From the IMG/VR virus record IMGVR_UViG_3300031992_000055, positions 1 through 64,000 of that record: a stretch of 64,000 nucleotides of DNA. The stretch is one strand, 5' to 3'. A program made the translations under genes and the position numbers. This document shows, one piece after another, positions 19,837 through 29,449 of the stretch. Below the pieces are notes generated by a model. The model was not told the DNA's origin, searched no databases, and was given only the letters and a program-made list of their open reading frames with translations. The stretch comes from a virus. Taxonomy: Duplodnaviria; Caudoviricetes. Position 1 is the first letter of the stretch, and every line of letters begins with the position of its first letter.

Positions 19837-20225
19837 AATTCAATGTTTTTATTAATACCACACAAGCGCAAAGCGTGTTGTAGTTCATGGACAAAATACA
19901 TTTGTTTAAACGTGAATTGTTCTCTGTGAATGAAATTTATTTCACAATTTCTCACACCCTCACCCACTTTTCTAAATTGGATAAAGATGTAGTTTTGGTC
20001 TTCAAGTCCTTCATTACTCCACAACCATCCATCAGGCTTTAACTCAAACCCATTCTGCTCAAGGATTTCTGGAGTGATGGGAATTGGTAAAATTTCATCT
20101 TCAAAAAACTCAGATGGAAATCCTTGAACAGCAAGTTTTTTCACATTGCCTGTCCATACGACTTGTGTTTTCTTTCCATAAGCCAACACCCAATCGTCTA
20201 ACATAAGTTCTTTTGCTTTAATCAT
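19833..20225 (-). CDS. Hypothetical array protein, paralog of 15716-16096
   Basis: PIPITPEILEQNGF...VHELQHALRLCGI. Confidence 0.75.
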   Translation of the reverse strand: MIKAKELMLDDWVLAYGKKTQVVWTGNVKKLAVQGFPSEFFEDEILPIPITPEILEQNGFELKPDGWLWSNEGLEDQNYIFIQFRKVGEGVRNCEINFIHREQFTFKQMYFVHELQHALRLCGINKNIEL

Positions 20226-20240
20226 AATAGTATTATAGTA

Positions 20241-20414
20241 TTAAGATAACTTGTCTATAGCCTCGCATATCTTGTCATACCCTTCTCTTATCTTATCAAA
20301 CTTATCATCTGATATAGGAGAGTTATTGTCAAACATAATGTTGTCAAGGTTCTTTCTAATGCTATTGAGTTTGTAGATAATACTACTCAGCTCCTGTTGT
20401 TGTGTTGTTGTCAT
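20241..20414 (-). CDS. Small hypothetical protein (57 aa)
   Basis: Manually translated MTTTQQELSSIIYKLNSIRK... Confidence 0.5.
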   Translation of the reverse strand: MTTTQQQELSSIIYKLNSIRKNLDNIMFDNNSPISDDKFDKIREGYDKICEAIDKLS

Positions 20415-20727
20415 AATGTTTATAGTCTATATTGCATGATTCCAAAAGCTGTCTGAGATAGTTAATCTCTTCTTTTGCTTTCTTTAATTTCTCTTTCACT
20501 TTAGGGTAGGCTTGAAGTTGCATCTCCATAGTGTTGACTTTACACTTAAGTTCTCCATACTTCTTCTTAATGCCTACAAGTTCTCTGAGTTCTTTACACT
20601 CAGCTTCTAATTGCCTGGTATACTTAGCAAGCTTCTCATTAGCCTCTTGCATCTTGAAGTATTCCTGACATGCTTTTCTAATGATTACCATTTCAGGTAT
20701 CTCATCTTGTGGTCTCTTTCTAGCCAT
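20383..20727 (-). CDS. Coiled-coil hypothetical protein
   Basis: ORF in operon. Confidence 0.65.
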   Translation of the reverse strand: MARKRPQDEIPEMVIIRKACQEYFKMQEANEKLAKYTRQLEAECKELRELVGIKKKYGELKCKVNTMEMQLQAYPKVKEKLKKAKEEINYLRQLLESCNIDYKHYDNNTTTGAE

Positions 20728-21088
20728 TGTTAAAACCTTTTAGTCTTTGAATGTATTTAGGATCTGAAGCATACTTTATTCTCTTCAGAAAAACATAATA
20801 ATCTCCTCCTTTATATCTTGAAGATATTCTCTTTTTATAATCTGCTATAGAGGCCTGCCAATTGTGATATTTAGCATATCTCCCATTGTGTTTTATACCA
20901 AACAGGTTATGATTTACCTTACATAATCTTGATGTAAAGTTACCTGTTTCATGTCTTGCTTGTGCTAACACTATCTTATAGTGAGGCACTTGTTGTCTGA
21001 TAAGCTCCCTCTCTACCTGCTCAATAGTTTGAGCAGGTAGGTGAGGATGTAACAAAATCATCAGTATTAAAGTTATTAATTGTTTCAT
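20720..21088 (-). CDS. GH73 glucosaminidase-like muralytic enzyme with signal peptide
   Basis: LAQARHETG, NHNLFGIK, YASDPKY motifs; hydrophobic N-terminus MKQLITLILMILL. Confidence 0.8.
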   Translation of the reverse strand: MKQLITLILMILLHPHLPAQTIEQVERELIRQQVPHYKIVLAQARHETGNFTSRLCKVNHNLFGIKHNGRYAKYHNWQASIADYKKRISSRYKGGDYYVFLKRIKYASDPKYIQRLKGFNNG

Positions 21089-21152
21089 AAAATTAATCAA
21101 GATATTTTTATTTATACTTCCTTCCATTTATATCTACCAGTCTTCTTTCATA

Positions 21153-21755
21153 TTAATGTTTCCAAAATTTTCCAATTTCTTCTTGAGCAGGAAGAGGAAG
21201 TTTATGACAATACATAGAACCTATAGATTCCATAAAATGCTTTGTGGCTTTTACAACCTCTTCTGTGAGTTCTTCAGGAGCCTCTAAACAAATTTCATCA
21301 TGAACTGGTACACAGAATTTAACCTTATTAAAATAGCCTTTTTCTATTATCCATTTGTATAGTTCATAATTAAAATGTTTAAAAATTACTGCTCCTAGTC
21401 CTTGAGTAGTACTATTAACACTATTTTTGTCCCACTTATTTCTTGCTGCAAAGTGTTCTGAATAGATTTCAGGAATAGGCTTTCCAGATTCTTTTAAAGT
21501 TCTATAAGTATCCCAGAATTCTTTAGAATGCTGTCTTTCATTCCATTTATCCCAATCCCACCATTTAGCAATATGTCCAGTTTCTTTGCATATATAAATA
21601 ATTCCGCTAGCCTCAGTTCTCTTTTTACACATTTCTTGATATTTGGTTGCTCCTTCAAAGCCTTTCTTATAGTTATTTTCTATAGCCATAGCTTCTTCTT
21701 TGGGCATACCATAATTAGCCACCAATGTTGCCCAATTACCCAAAAAAGCAAATGT
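21153..21755 (-). CDS. polA: DNA polymerase family A, exon 2
   Basis: TFAFLGNWATL continues motif B; NSTTQG; motif C VPVHDEI. Confidence 0.9.
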   Translation of the reverse strand, partial: TFAFLGNWATLVANYGMPKEEAMAIENNYKKGFEGATKYQEMCKKRTEASGIIYICKETGHIAKWWDWDKWNERQHSKEFWDTYRTLKESGKPIPEIYSEHFAARNKWDKNSVNSTTQGLGAVIFKHFNYELYKWIIEKGYFNKVKFCVPVHDEICLEAPEELTEEVVKATKHFMESIGSMYCHKLPLPAQEEIGKFWKH

Positions 21756-23018
21756 CAGTTTTGTTATCATAAAAGCTCTTTATCTTTTATTTCTGTATGT
21801 TTCCATACAGCTCAGACTATATCTTCATCCCAGAGGGATGTTGGGCGCTCGTGTCAGGTTTATCATTTGTGCTATTCACCTGTTAGTCGTTGAACCTTCT
21901 TGGTACTTTTATGCACTTCCCAAGCTTGGCTGCTGATTAGCCTGGGGATTTTCCCTTTAGCCTTCCAGCAATTCACCCAATGTTTACCTCATTATTACTA
22001 ATGAGGGGTTCAAAATTTAAGTATTTATATTCGTGACAATAGTATTTATGTTCGTACATTAATGGTACAAGTTTTTTAATTTCTTCTTTCTTATAGACTC
22101 CCAAACACCAACAATCTGAATATGACTTTGATATTTTATATTCTATATTCTGAGAACTTAAAAATTTCCCAATTTTCTCTAACCATATTTTAGAACAAGA
22201 ATTAAGAACAAATTGTCCTTTTGAACTACAACCATCTCCCTCAAAGAAACCTCTTACAATATCCCAATTAATTTCGATGGGTGGATTAAGAGAATGATGC
22301 TTTTTATTATCTATTTTCAGTTCCTTTTTAAACCATAATGCAATTTCTTTACAACCTATTTCTGCTTTATATATCTGCTTTATAGTTCCATCCTTTAAAG
22401 TGTATGGCCTACTATAGATATGTGGTATATTATCATACCATTCTTTAAATTTCTTTACCACATATTCCTTTTCTGAAGCAAGCTGTATAGTGTATGTATT
22501 TACTCCTTTATTTTTTAGATACACTCCAATATGTCCATCAGCAAATAAATAACCAAGCCAATAATCACTTTCTGGAGTATGATCCAAAAACTTATTTGGA
22601 TATAAATTATTTCTTCCACTGCCTCTCATCGGCAGATTAAGTTTATGTGCCCAATAAGTTAAAGTTCCTCCTTTACAATTTAAAGCATCATACATCTCTT
22701 TGTAGGTGCAATTAGACAAATACATCTCAGTAAACAAATTTTGTTTTTCGCTGCTCCATGTTGCTTCTTGCATTCTGGTTTTTTGAACATTGTTCTTTTT
22801 TAAAATCTTGTGAATGGTAGGTAAGTTGGTATTGTATTTCTTACATAATTCATTCCAAGTAGTACCATTTTTGTAATCTTGAACTAACTCTTGCTTTTGT
22901 AAATCATTTAATTTCATAATGCTATCTTTTAGAACATAGCAAAGTTACAATGATTTATGCGTAAATTCAAGAGTCTTAACTATAGCTTAAGTCATTCTAA
23001 ATATAATTCTTAATGTTT
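21756..23018 (-). mobile_element. Group I intron in polA motif B
   Basis: Exon ends in U (GAG TTT), intron ends in G; P AATTGCTGGAA, Q AATCAGCAGC, R GTTCAACGACTA, S AAGATATAGTC; splicing restores RQAAKGPEF-TFAFLG. Confidence 0.9.
21973..22917 (-). CDS. Intron-encoded LAGLIDADG homing endonuclease
   Basis: YWLGYLFADG and IVRGFFEGDG motifs; N-terminal HTH repeats. Confidence 0.9.
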   Translation of the reverse strand: MKLNDLQKQELVQDYKNGTTWNELCKKYNTNLPTIHKILKKNNVQKTRMQEATWSSEKQNLFTEMYLSNCTYKEMYDALNCKGGTLTYWAHKLNLPMRGSGRNNLYPNKFLDHTPESDYWLGYLFADGHIGVYLKNKGVNTYTIQLASEKEYVVKKFKEWYDNIPHIYSRPYTLKDGTIKQIYKAEIGCKEIALWFKKELKIDNKKHHSLNPPIEINWDIVRGFFEGDGCSSKGQFVLNSCSKIWLEKIGKFLSSQNIEYKISKSYSDCWCLGVYKKEEIKKLVPLMYEHKYYCHEYKYLNFEPLISNNEVNIG

Positions 23019-24482
23019 AAACTCAGGTCCTTTAGCTGCTTGTCTTAAATCATGGAATTCTTTTTTAATTTTTCTTATATCGAAGTCTCTAGGTATTTTG
23101 TCTGGATAAATAAGATATGCTACATAGCTATGCATGTCATATCCTTTTTCAAATACTTCAAGCATTCCTTTATCTTCAGATAAACTTGCCAAAAGTCTTG
23201 ATTCCTCAGAGTTGTAATCTATTGACAAGAAATTATTTCCATCTTCAGCAATAAAACAAGATCTTACTTCATCACTATTAGGAAGATTTTGAACCTGTGG
23301 ATAGCAGCATTTTAATTTGGGATCATCTGTCTTTAAAGGCAAGCCTTTTAATTTAGCTAAATCTTCATTGGTTTTTTGAGAACCGCATGCAAGTCTTCCA
23401 GTATCTGTTCCAAGTGCTCTAAATTCTGTATGTATTCTACCAGTCTTTGGATTAATTGCATTTATATATTGCATTCCATAAGTAGTACATAATTTATTTA
23501 ATTTGGAATACTGTTCGAATAGTTTAACAAATTCTGGATTAACAGATCTCTGTTTCTTAAGTAACTTCAATTCTTTACTTTCAGTATCTTCTTTCTTTTC
23601 TTTGTTGTATCCTTTAGTATTAAATCCCAGAAACTTAAGTAATGGAACTACATCTTTTGTACTATTCCAATTAATTTTGCAATGTGGAGAAGTATCTACT
23701 TCCATAAATAAATCAAGTTGAACTGTCTTTTCTATAAATTTAGGATTACCCAAAGAGACCACAAAATCATTAAGAGCTTTTTCTGCCTCTTTGAACTTCT
23801 TTACATTTTCTTCGTAGAAAGACATCCAGGCTTTCTCATCCAATTTTACCCCACAAAATTCATAATAGGCACATGGAATAGTAAAACTACACTCTATTTG
23901 AAGGGCCTTCATTGCATTAATACTCTTAAAATATTGTATCTGTAGATTCATAATATCTATTAAATCCACAACATCATTAGCTGCATATACCACAACTTCT
24001 GGGATTAATCCTACATGTGCAATCTTCCCTCTTACTGACTTATCAATATTTTTATTGAGATATCGTAAAGTTATTTCTTTTAAGGACATTTTATACATTC
24101 CTGGAGGATATGCTAAATATCTAAGCATTTCAGCAATCATTGTATCATAGCATCTCATAGGACAAATTCCTACAGCAAATAGCATTTTTATATCATACTT
24201 GAGATTTTGCCCTATTAAAAATCCATTTTCTATTACATCTTTATATAGTAAAGGATTTATAGTAGTTACATCTACAACAATCTGAATGCTTTTATCTGGT
24301 TTTCCAAATTGCATTGTCAGCATTTTTGCTATATGACAATCCAATCCTGTTCCCTCAGTATCAAACTGAATCATTTTCCAAGAAGAAATCTCTCTGAGAG
24401 AGTCTTCTATAGACATTCGACTATAGAATTCTCCCTCAAAGAGTTCTTGATGTCTTGTCACCAAGTATACCATAGTGATCAC
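23019..24482 (-). CDS. polA: DNA polymerase family A, exon 1 (3'-5' exonuclease + polymerase N-part)
   Basis: FDTEGTG, QNLKYD, YAANDV; TGRL; QNLP; motif A SIDYNSEESR; DMHS; RQAAK. Confidence 0.92.
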
Positions 24483-24919
24483 ATTTTACTGTAAGCTATT
24501 AGTTCATCAAAATCAAGTACATATTTATACTCATTAAAGAACATAGAGCCTATAATTCCATGCAGATTAACTCCTGTATTTTGCTTTATTGTGTTAAAAG
24601 CAAGATTTAAGTCCTTAATGATATAATCATATTTATATTCCTTGTCTTTATAGGATAAAGTAATTGTACATAAACTTAATTCTTTATGCCTACCATCAGA
24701 TTCCATTAAAGAGGCTTTATCTTCAAGTGTATCATATTCAATTTGACTGAGAATATTTTTGTCTATGATATTCCTGTTTGATCCAGTATCAAGAAGAAAG
24801 TTGAACTTTTTTTCTTTTTGGTATAATGTGATTATAGGCATTTCAGTAAGGTCAAAACCCTGTTTGAATGACATTACCTCTGTTTTTTTGAATAATTTAT
24901 TAAATATTTTCTTAAACAT
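24479..24919 (-). CDS. Retropepsin-like aspartyl protease
   Basis: FLLDTGS and HGIIGS motifs. Confidence 0.8.
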   Translation of the reverse strand: MFKKIFNKLFKKTEVMSFKQGFDLTEMPIITLYQKEKKFNFLLDTGSNRNIIDKNILSQIEYDTLEDKASLMESDGRHKELSLCTITLSYKDKEYKYDYIIKDLNLAFNTIKQNTGVNLHGIIGSMFFNEYKYVLDFDELIAYSKM

Positions 24920-24938
24920 GATTTTAGGTTTATCTTTA

Positions 24939-25466
24939 TTAGTTTCCAGTACTTCCAAATCCTCCCCTCTTTTCATTATCAAGGGTATCTACTTTCTCTA
25001 TTTTAATTGAATTGCTAAAGAGCCATTTTATTTTTTGCCAGAAAGTAGCTTTTTGAGATAATTGGATTCTAAATTGTGCAATTCTAGTACCTTTAGGTAT
25101 AGTTACAGCTCTTGTGCTTAATATAGGCATCTTCCATTCATCTTCATTCGAGTTATATTTATAGTCTATGATGCCCTCAGAGTTACTTTGAAGTATTCCA
25201 TACTTTTTAAATGTTGAGCTTCTTGGCACTATTACAGACTCCATGCCTTTTGGTACCTCTACACATATTCCTAGTGGAATGAGAGTGGAATCAAATATAA
25301 CTTCTCTTGTTCTTTCTTCTTCTTTGCCCTTCCTGTGCCTTTTAAGCATTGTTGCAAAAGGAGCTCTGAGAGTTATATCCACAGATGTTGTTAAGTCTAT
25401 CCAGTCTCCTATAGCTATTACTTTAGGTAGACATCCTTCCGTTTTCTCTAATACTTTTATTGTCAT
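24939..25466 (-). CDS. dut: dUTPase
   Basis: PRSS, GIIDYKY, RIAQF, RGGFGSTG. Confidence 0.92.
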   Translation of the reverse strand: MTIKVLEKTEGCLPKVIAIGDWIDLTTSVDITLRAPFATMLKRHRKGKEEERTREVIFDSTLIPLGICVEVPKGMESVIVPRSSTFKKYGILQSNSEGIIDYKYNSNEDEWKMPILSTRAVTIPKGTRIAQFRIQLSQKATFWQKIKWLFSNSIKIEKVDTLDNEKRGGFGSTGN

Positions 25467-25938
25467 TCTTTTGAAGTTTATAAGTAATATCTTCTATTAT
25501 TAAACCAACTTCATCATCTTTACTTATCTGATAAAGTTGCTGATTAGTAGTAGGAGAGTCAAGCCCTCCAAGTTCCATGTCAAAATGTCCTACTTTGTAG
25601 TAATCCAGATGCTTCAAGATGTCAACATGTTCTCTAGGAATCCAATCAAGTCCACAATACCATGCAGACTTTAAGTTTTTCTGCTTAACATAAGCAAATA
25701 ATTCTTTGAGGGTGTCTATATCATGCTCTCCTCCAAACAAACAGACACAAGTAATACCTTGATGGTTATTAATTAGTCTCTCTAATGCAGGAATACTTAA
25801 CACAGTACCCTTGTCTTCCCAAAGTTCTCTGCTATGACATCCTTTACATCTTATTTGACATCCAGAGATAGAGATGCCTAATGTTATCTCATCGGGCACT
25901 TCACGGAAAATCTCGTGTATATAAAGATACTTAAGCAT
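25423..25938 (-). CDS. nrdG: Anaerobic ribonucleotide reductase activase (radical SAM)
   Basis: CQIRCKGCHS, FGGE, SPTTNQ. Confidence 0.9.
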   Translation of the reverse strand: MLKYLYIHEIFREVPDEITLGISISGCQIRCKGCHSRELWEDKGTVLSIPALERLINNHQGITCVCLFGGEHDIDTLKELFAYVKQKNLKSAWYCGLDWIPREHVDILKHLDYYKVGHFDMELGGLDSPTTNQQLYQISKDDEVGLIIEDITYKLQKNDNKSIRENGRMST

Positions 25939-26021
25939 CCTTAGCCCTTTCTTTAGATTCTTTTTTCATATTATCTTAAATATTATTTTTGTGTATAAAT
26001 TTTATGCTAAAATAGTTTTTT

Positions 26022-26840
26022 ATGAGAGGAATTATTTACAAATACACATGTAAGACAACTGGTAAGGTCTACATTGGGCAGACAATTGATGAGATAAAAC
26101 GTAAGAGTGCTCACAGACACATGCACACAGAGTGGCGTTCTCACTTTTATAGTGCTATAGCAAAATATGGGTATGATGATTTTGTTTATGACGTAATATA
26201 TGAAGTCGTATCCGATATACCAGGCTATGTTAAACAGATTCTTGATATAATGGAGATTTATTACATTCAAAAATACAAAAGTACAGATCCAAAGTTTGGT
26301 TATAATATAGCAGCAGGAGGTGGAGGCACTATTGGAGTGCCTTGTTCTGAAGAGCATAGAAAAAAGATATCTCAAATAATGAAAAGTAAGCATATTAAAT
26401 TAAATGAAAATCAATTAAGAGCACTCAGAAACATGAAGCATCCTTCTACTCATGCAGGAAAAGCTGTGCAGCAATATTCCCTGCGAGGTGAGTTAATCAA
26501 TGAATTTGATTCTTATAAAAGAGCATATCAATCCGTTGGTGGCACTCAGGCTGCTTTTTGGAAAGCGATGAATAGAGCAGATAGTGCAAAAGGCTATTAT
26601 AAAAACTTCTTTTGGAAGTTGAAGGATGATCCAATGCCTCTTAACATATCAAAGCTCTCTCATCATTCGTCAATTGCTGTTAAGCAGTATTCCAAATCTG
26701 GAGAACTAATAAAAATCTGGGATTCATATAGAGATATCTCCCGTTTTTATGGTAATTCTGAGGCTGCTGCTCATGCAGGTATTGTAAATAACCCTAACGG
26801 TTATAAGGGATATAGATGGGAGCCTTGCGCTCAACCATAA
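26022..26840 (+). CDS. Free-standing GIY-YIG homing endonuclease with NUMOD1-like repeats
   Basis: GIIYKY..KVYIGQT, GYNIAAGG, two VxQYSxxGELI repeats; antisense to the operon, own TATTTTTG at 25984-25991. Confidence 0.9.
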   Translation: MRGIIYKYTCKTTGKVYIGQTIDEIKRKSAHRHMHTEWRSHFYSAIAKYGYDDFVYDVIYEVVSDIPGYVKQILDIMEIYYIQKYKSTDPKFGYNIAAGGGGTIGVPCSEEHRKKISQIMKSKHIKLNENQLRALRNMKHPSTHAGKAVQQYSLRGELINEFDSYKRAYQSVGGTQAAFWKAMNRADSAKGYYKNFFWKLKDDPMPLNISKLSHHSSIAVKQYSKSGELIKIWDSYRDISRFYGNSEAAAHAGIVNNPNGYKGYRWEPCAQP

Positions 26841-26861
26841 TCTGTATTGCAATAGAGATAT

Positions 26862-27029
26862 TTAAGCATCACATAGAGAATCAAGCCATTTTTTGCTCAC
26901 AAGATAAGTACTACTATCTATTCCCATAGCACCATTAGGCTCAATAAGAGTAGCATTGGCTTCAAAATCTTCTAGTTCCATGTATTCTTCAATCTCTGGC
27001 CAACCAATAATTTCAAACTCTTCTTCCAT
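26862..27029 (-). CDS. Small acidic hypothetical protein (55 aa)
   Basis: Manually translated MEEEFEIIGWPEIEEYMELEDF... Confidence 0.6.
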   Translation of the reverse strand: MEEEFEIIGWPEIEEYMELEDFEANATLIEPNGAMGIDSSTYLVSKKWLDSLCDA

Positions 27030-27229
27030 TGTATTATACTTTTAGCATAGAGGTATTTAAACATTCTAAAATTTGTTTAAGAAATTATCTAATGATTTAT
27101 CTCTATAATGCTTAAGTAAAGCAACCATTAAACGCATTTCTCCTGGAGAAAAATTTGGACCATGCCAAGGCTCAAAGTCATCTCCTCCTGGCATAAATAT
27201 TGCTTCCATATTATTTAATGTATAAATAT

Positions 27230-29449
27230 TTAAACATCTTTAGCAAAGTATCTGTGTGCTCCCTCCTCTTGTCTTGCTTCTGACCATGCTTTGATGGGCC
27301 TTAAGTAGCCAATAATACGCGTCCATTGGGTTACCTTATTACTTCCACACTTAGGACATTTGTCAAAAGGATGCTTTGCTATAAAGCCACAGTCATCACA
27401 TTGTGTCTGAGGAACATTGAATGTAATATAGGAATTACCTTTCTGAACAGCATACTCAAGAAGTTTTTCATACTGATACTTGCTAAGGTTCTCTTGAAGG
27501 TTAAGATGAGATGCCTGTCCTCCATCAATAGATTTAGCAATCTGTCCTCCCTGCATAGCAATCTTATCAAGAATAGAGGTATCATCATGAGCATCATAGA
27601 TGTATGAATTATAAAGATTCTCATCATCAGGTACCAAGTATCCCTCCTCTTTATCCCAATTATAGTTCTTTACTCCAAGACTCTCTGCAGGAACAAGCTC
27701 TAAGTTGAACATGAATTTCTTTGTAGAATTCTCTTTGTTATAGTCCTTTATCACTTTAAGAATCCATGCTGCAAACTCCATATACTCTTGATTGTTAGAT
27801 ACTTCCATCCCTAAGAACCTTGCGGCTTCATTAAGGCCATTAACACCAATAGTACAGTAGAGCTTATCAAAGTTAATATATCCTGCACTCACTTGAGGAA
27901 ACATTCCTTGCTTTGCTAACTTGTAAAGACCTGTCTTATAGGCTTTCTGATAGTCATAGATTCTGTCAAGAATTGACTCAAGATACTCTTTAAGATGTTT
28001 TTTTAGCATACTTGGATCTTTAAGCCATTGCCCTCTAATTAGAAACAAATTTGCTGGTACTTCAATACCTTCATCTTCTGGAGATGTGTACCTTTTTGCC
28101 TTAACAGTTTTACTCCAATCCTGAACAATCCTATTAAGATTCAAGGTCATCACATTGCAAGAACCTGTCTGAACACCTGTAAGTCCTGTAGTAGAACTAA
28201 AGGTATTGTCAGTAATCTCATTTCTAAGTCTACAGCAAGAAGATATACTATCTGCATTCTCTGAGAGATACACGAAGAAACTATCCCCTTCTGCCCACTG
28301 TGTAGTAACAAAGTCTTTGTATTCCTTATCAAGAACATCCTTACCATCAGTAAGCAGACATACAGTCATTACTGGGAAAGTCAGAAGAGTCTTAGTCCTT
28401 TCTTCATTAAGCCACTTCATATACCTCTTTTGGAGCCAGTTAACAGCTTCCCAATTGGCTTTAGAGCCATCAGGGAAAGTAAAGTCATCAAACATAGCAT
28501 GCCAATAGTAGGAGTCAAAGACATTGAAATTTGTAAACGGACTTTGGTATCCCCTGTTGCCAGCGGGTTGATTAATGTAATGAGTTACTGACTGAAAGTA
28601 TTGATCAATAGTTTGGCCAATAGTTCTCTGTTGAAGACAGTGCTCATTGGTAATAATCACATCTGCTTTCTCGTAGTACCTTTTTCCCCACTCTTTCTCA
28701 CAGAAGTAACTAAAGAAGTTAAAGAACTCTCCATAGGCTCCTGCTCCTTTCTTCTGAGCAGAGAGCAAGAACACTAAGTTTTGAAACTGTCCTACAAAAG
28801 AACTGAGATGCTTAGGAGCATGATTCTTAGTACCATCAATAGATGATGTGCCGTCTACTAAGAGAGGATATATAGTATAAGCAGAACAATAAGGCTTAAT
28901 TCCTCCAGTCTCATCATGCTGATAGAATATATGATGCTTTAAGTCTTTGATGTATTGCTTCCTGTAAGGAGACTCAATCTCAGTAAGCATCTCTTTCATC
29001 CAACTTCTCTGTACTATCCTGTTAGTATCTTTATATAACTCTCCTTCAAGAGTAGCCATATTCTTTCTACTAGCATTAGCATTATCATCAGTGTTGGATA
29101 AATTAGCAGCAGAATCATTTGATTCAGCATACTTATGAATATACTTCAGCTTGTCCTTAACCAGCCTAGCCTGTTTATGCTGTTCCCTGTAAAGGATATA
29201 GACTTTGGCTGCTCTGAACCACTGTTGAGCCATCATGAAAGACTCTACAAGGTCTTGGATATTCTCAACATTCATCTCATCCATTCCACTGGCAAGTCTG
29301 TCACAGAACTCTTTGATAACTTGAACAGTATTCTTTTTCCACTTTCCTTCTAGATTAGTACCACTTGCCTCAATGGCTTTTAGTATGGCACTCTCTATCT
29401 TTTGAGAATCAAACTCCTCTATCCTAGCATCTCTCTTAATGACTTTCAT
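27230..29449 (-). CDS. nrdD: Class III anaerobic ribonucleoside-triphosphate reductase
   Basis: ATP cone VIKRD, PYC, SSCCRL, CDDC..CPKC, glycyl-radical loop RIIGYL. Confidence 0.95.
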   Translation of the reverse strand: MKVIKRDARIEEFDSQKIESAILKAIEASGTNLEGKWKKNTVQVIKEFCDRLASGMDEMNVENIQDLVESFMMAQQWFRAAKVYILYREQHKQARLVKDKLKYIHKYAESNDSAANLSNTDDNANASRKNMATLEGELYKDTNRIVQRSWMKEMLTEIESPYRKQYIKDLKHHIFYQHDETGGIKPYCSAYTIYPLLVDGTSSIDGTKNHAPKHLSSFVGQFQNLVFLLSAQKKGAGAYGEFFNFFSYFCEKEWGKRYYEKADVIITNEHCLQQRTIGQTIDQYFQSVTHYINQPAGNRGYQSPFTNFNVFDSYYWHAMFDDFTFPDGSKANWEAVNWLQKRYMKWLNEERTKTLLTFPVMTVCLLTDGKDVLDKEYKDFVTTQWAEGDSFFVYLSENADSISSCCRLRNEITDNTFSSTTGLTGVQTGSCNVMTLNLNRIVQDWSKTVKAKRYTSPEDEGIEVPANLFLIRGQWLKDPSMLKKHLKEYLESILDRIYDYQKAYKTGLYKLAKQGMFPQVSAGYINFDKLYCTIGVNGLNEAARFLGMEVSNNQEYMEFAAWILKVIKDYNKENSTKKFMFNLELVPAESLGVKNYNWDKEEGYLVPDDENLYNSYIYDAHDDTSILDKIAMQGGQIAKSIDGGQASHLNLQENLSKYQYEKLLEYAVQKGNSYITFNVPQTQCDDCGFIAKHPFDKCPKCGSNKVTQWTRIIGYLRPIKAWSEARQEEGAHRYFAKDV

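Noticed and set aside
12770-20225. CRISPR array or diversity-generating retroelement
   Set aside because: Repeats are short, irregularly spaced gene junctions; no reverse transcriptase or TR/VR pair in the window
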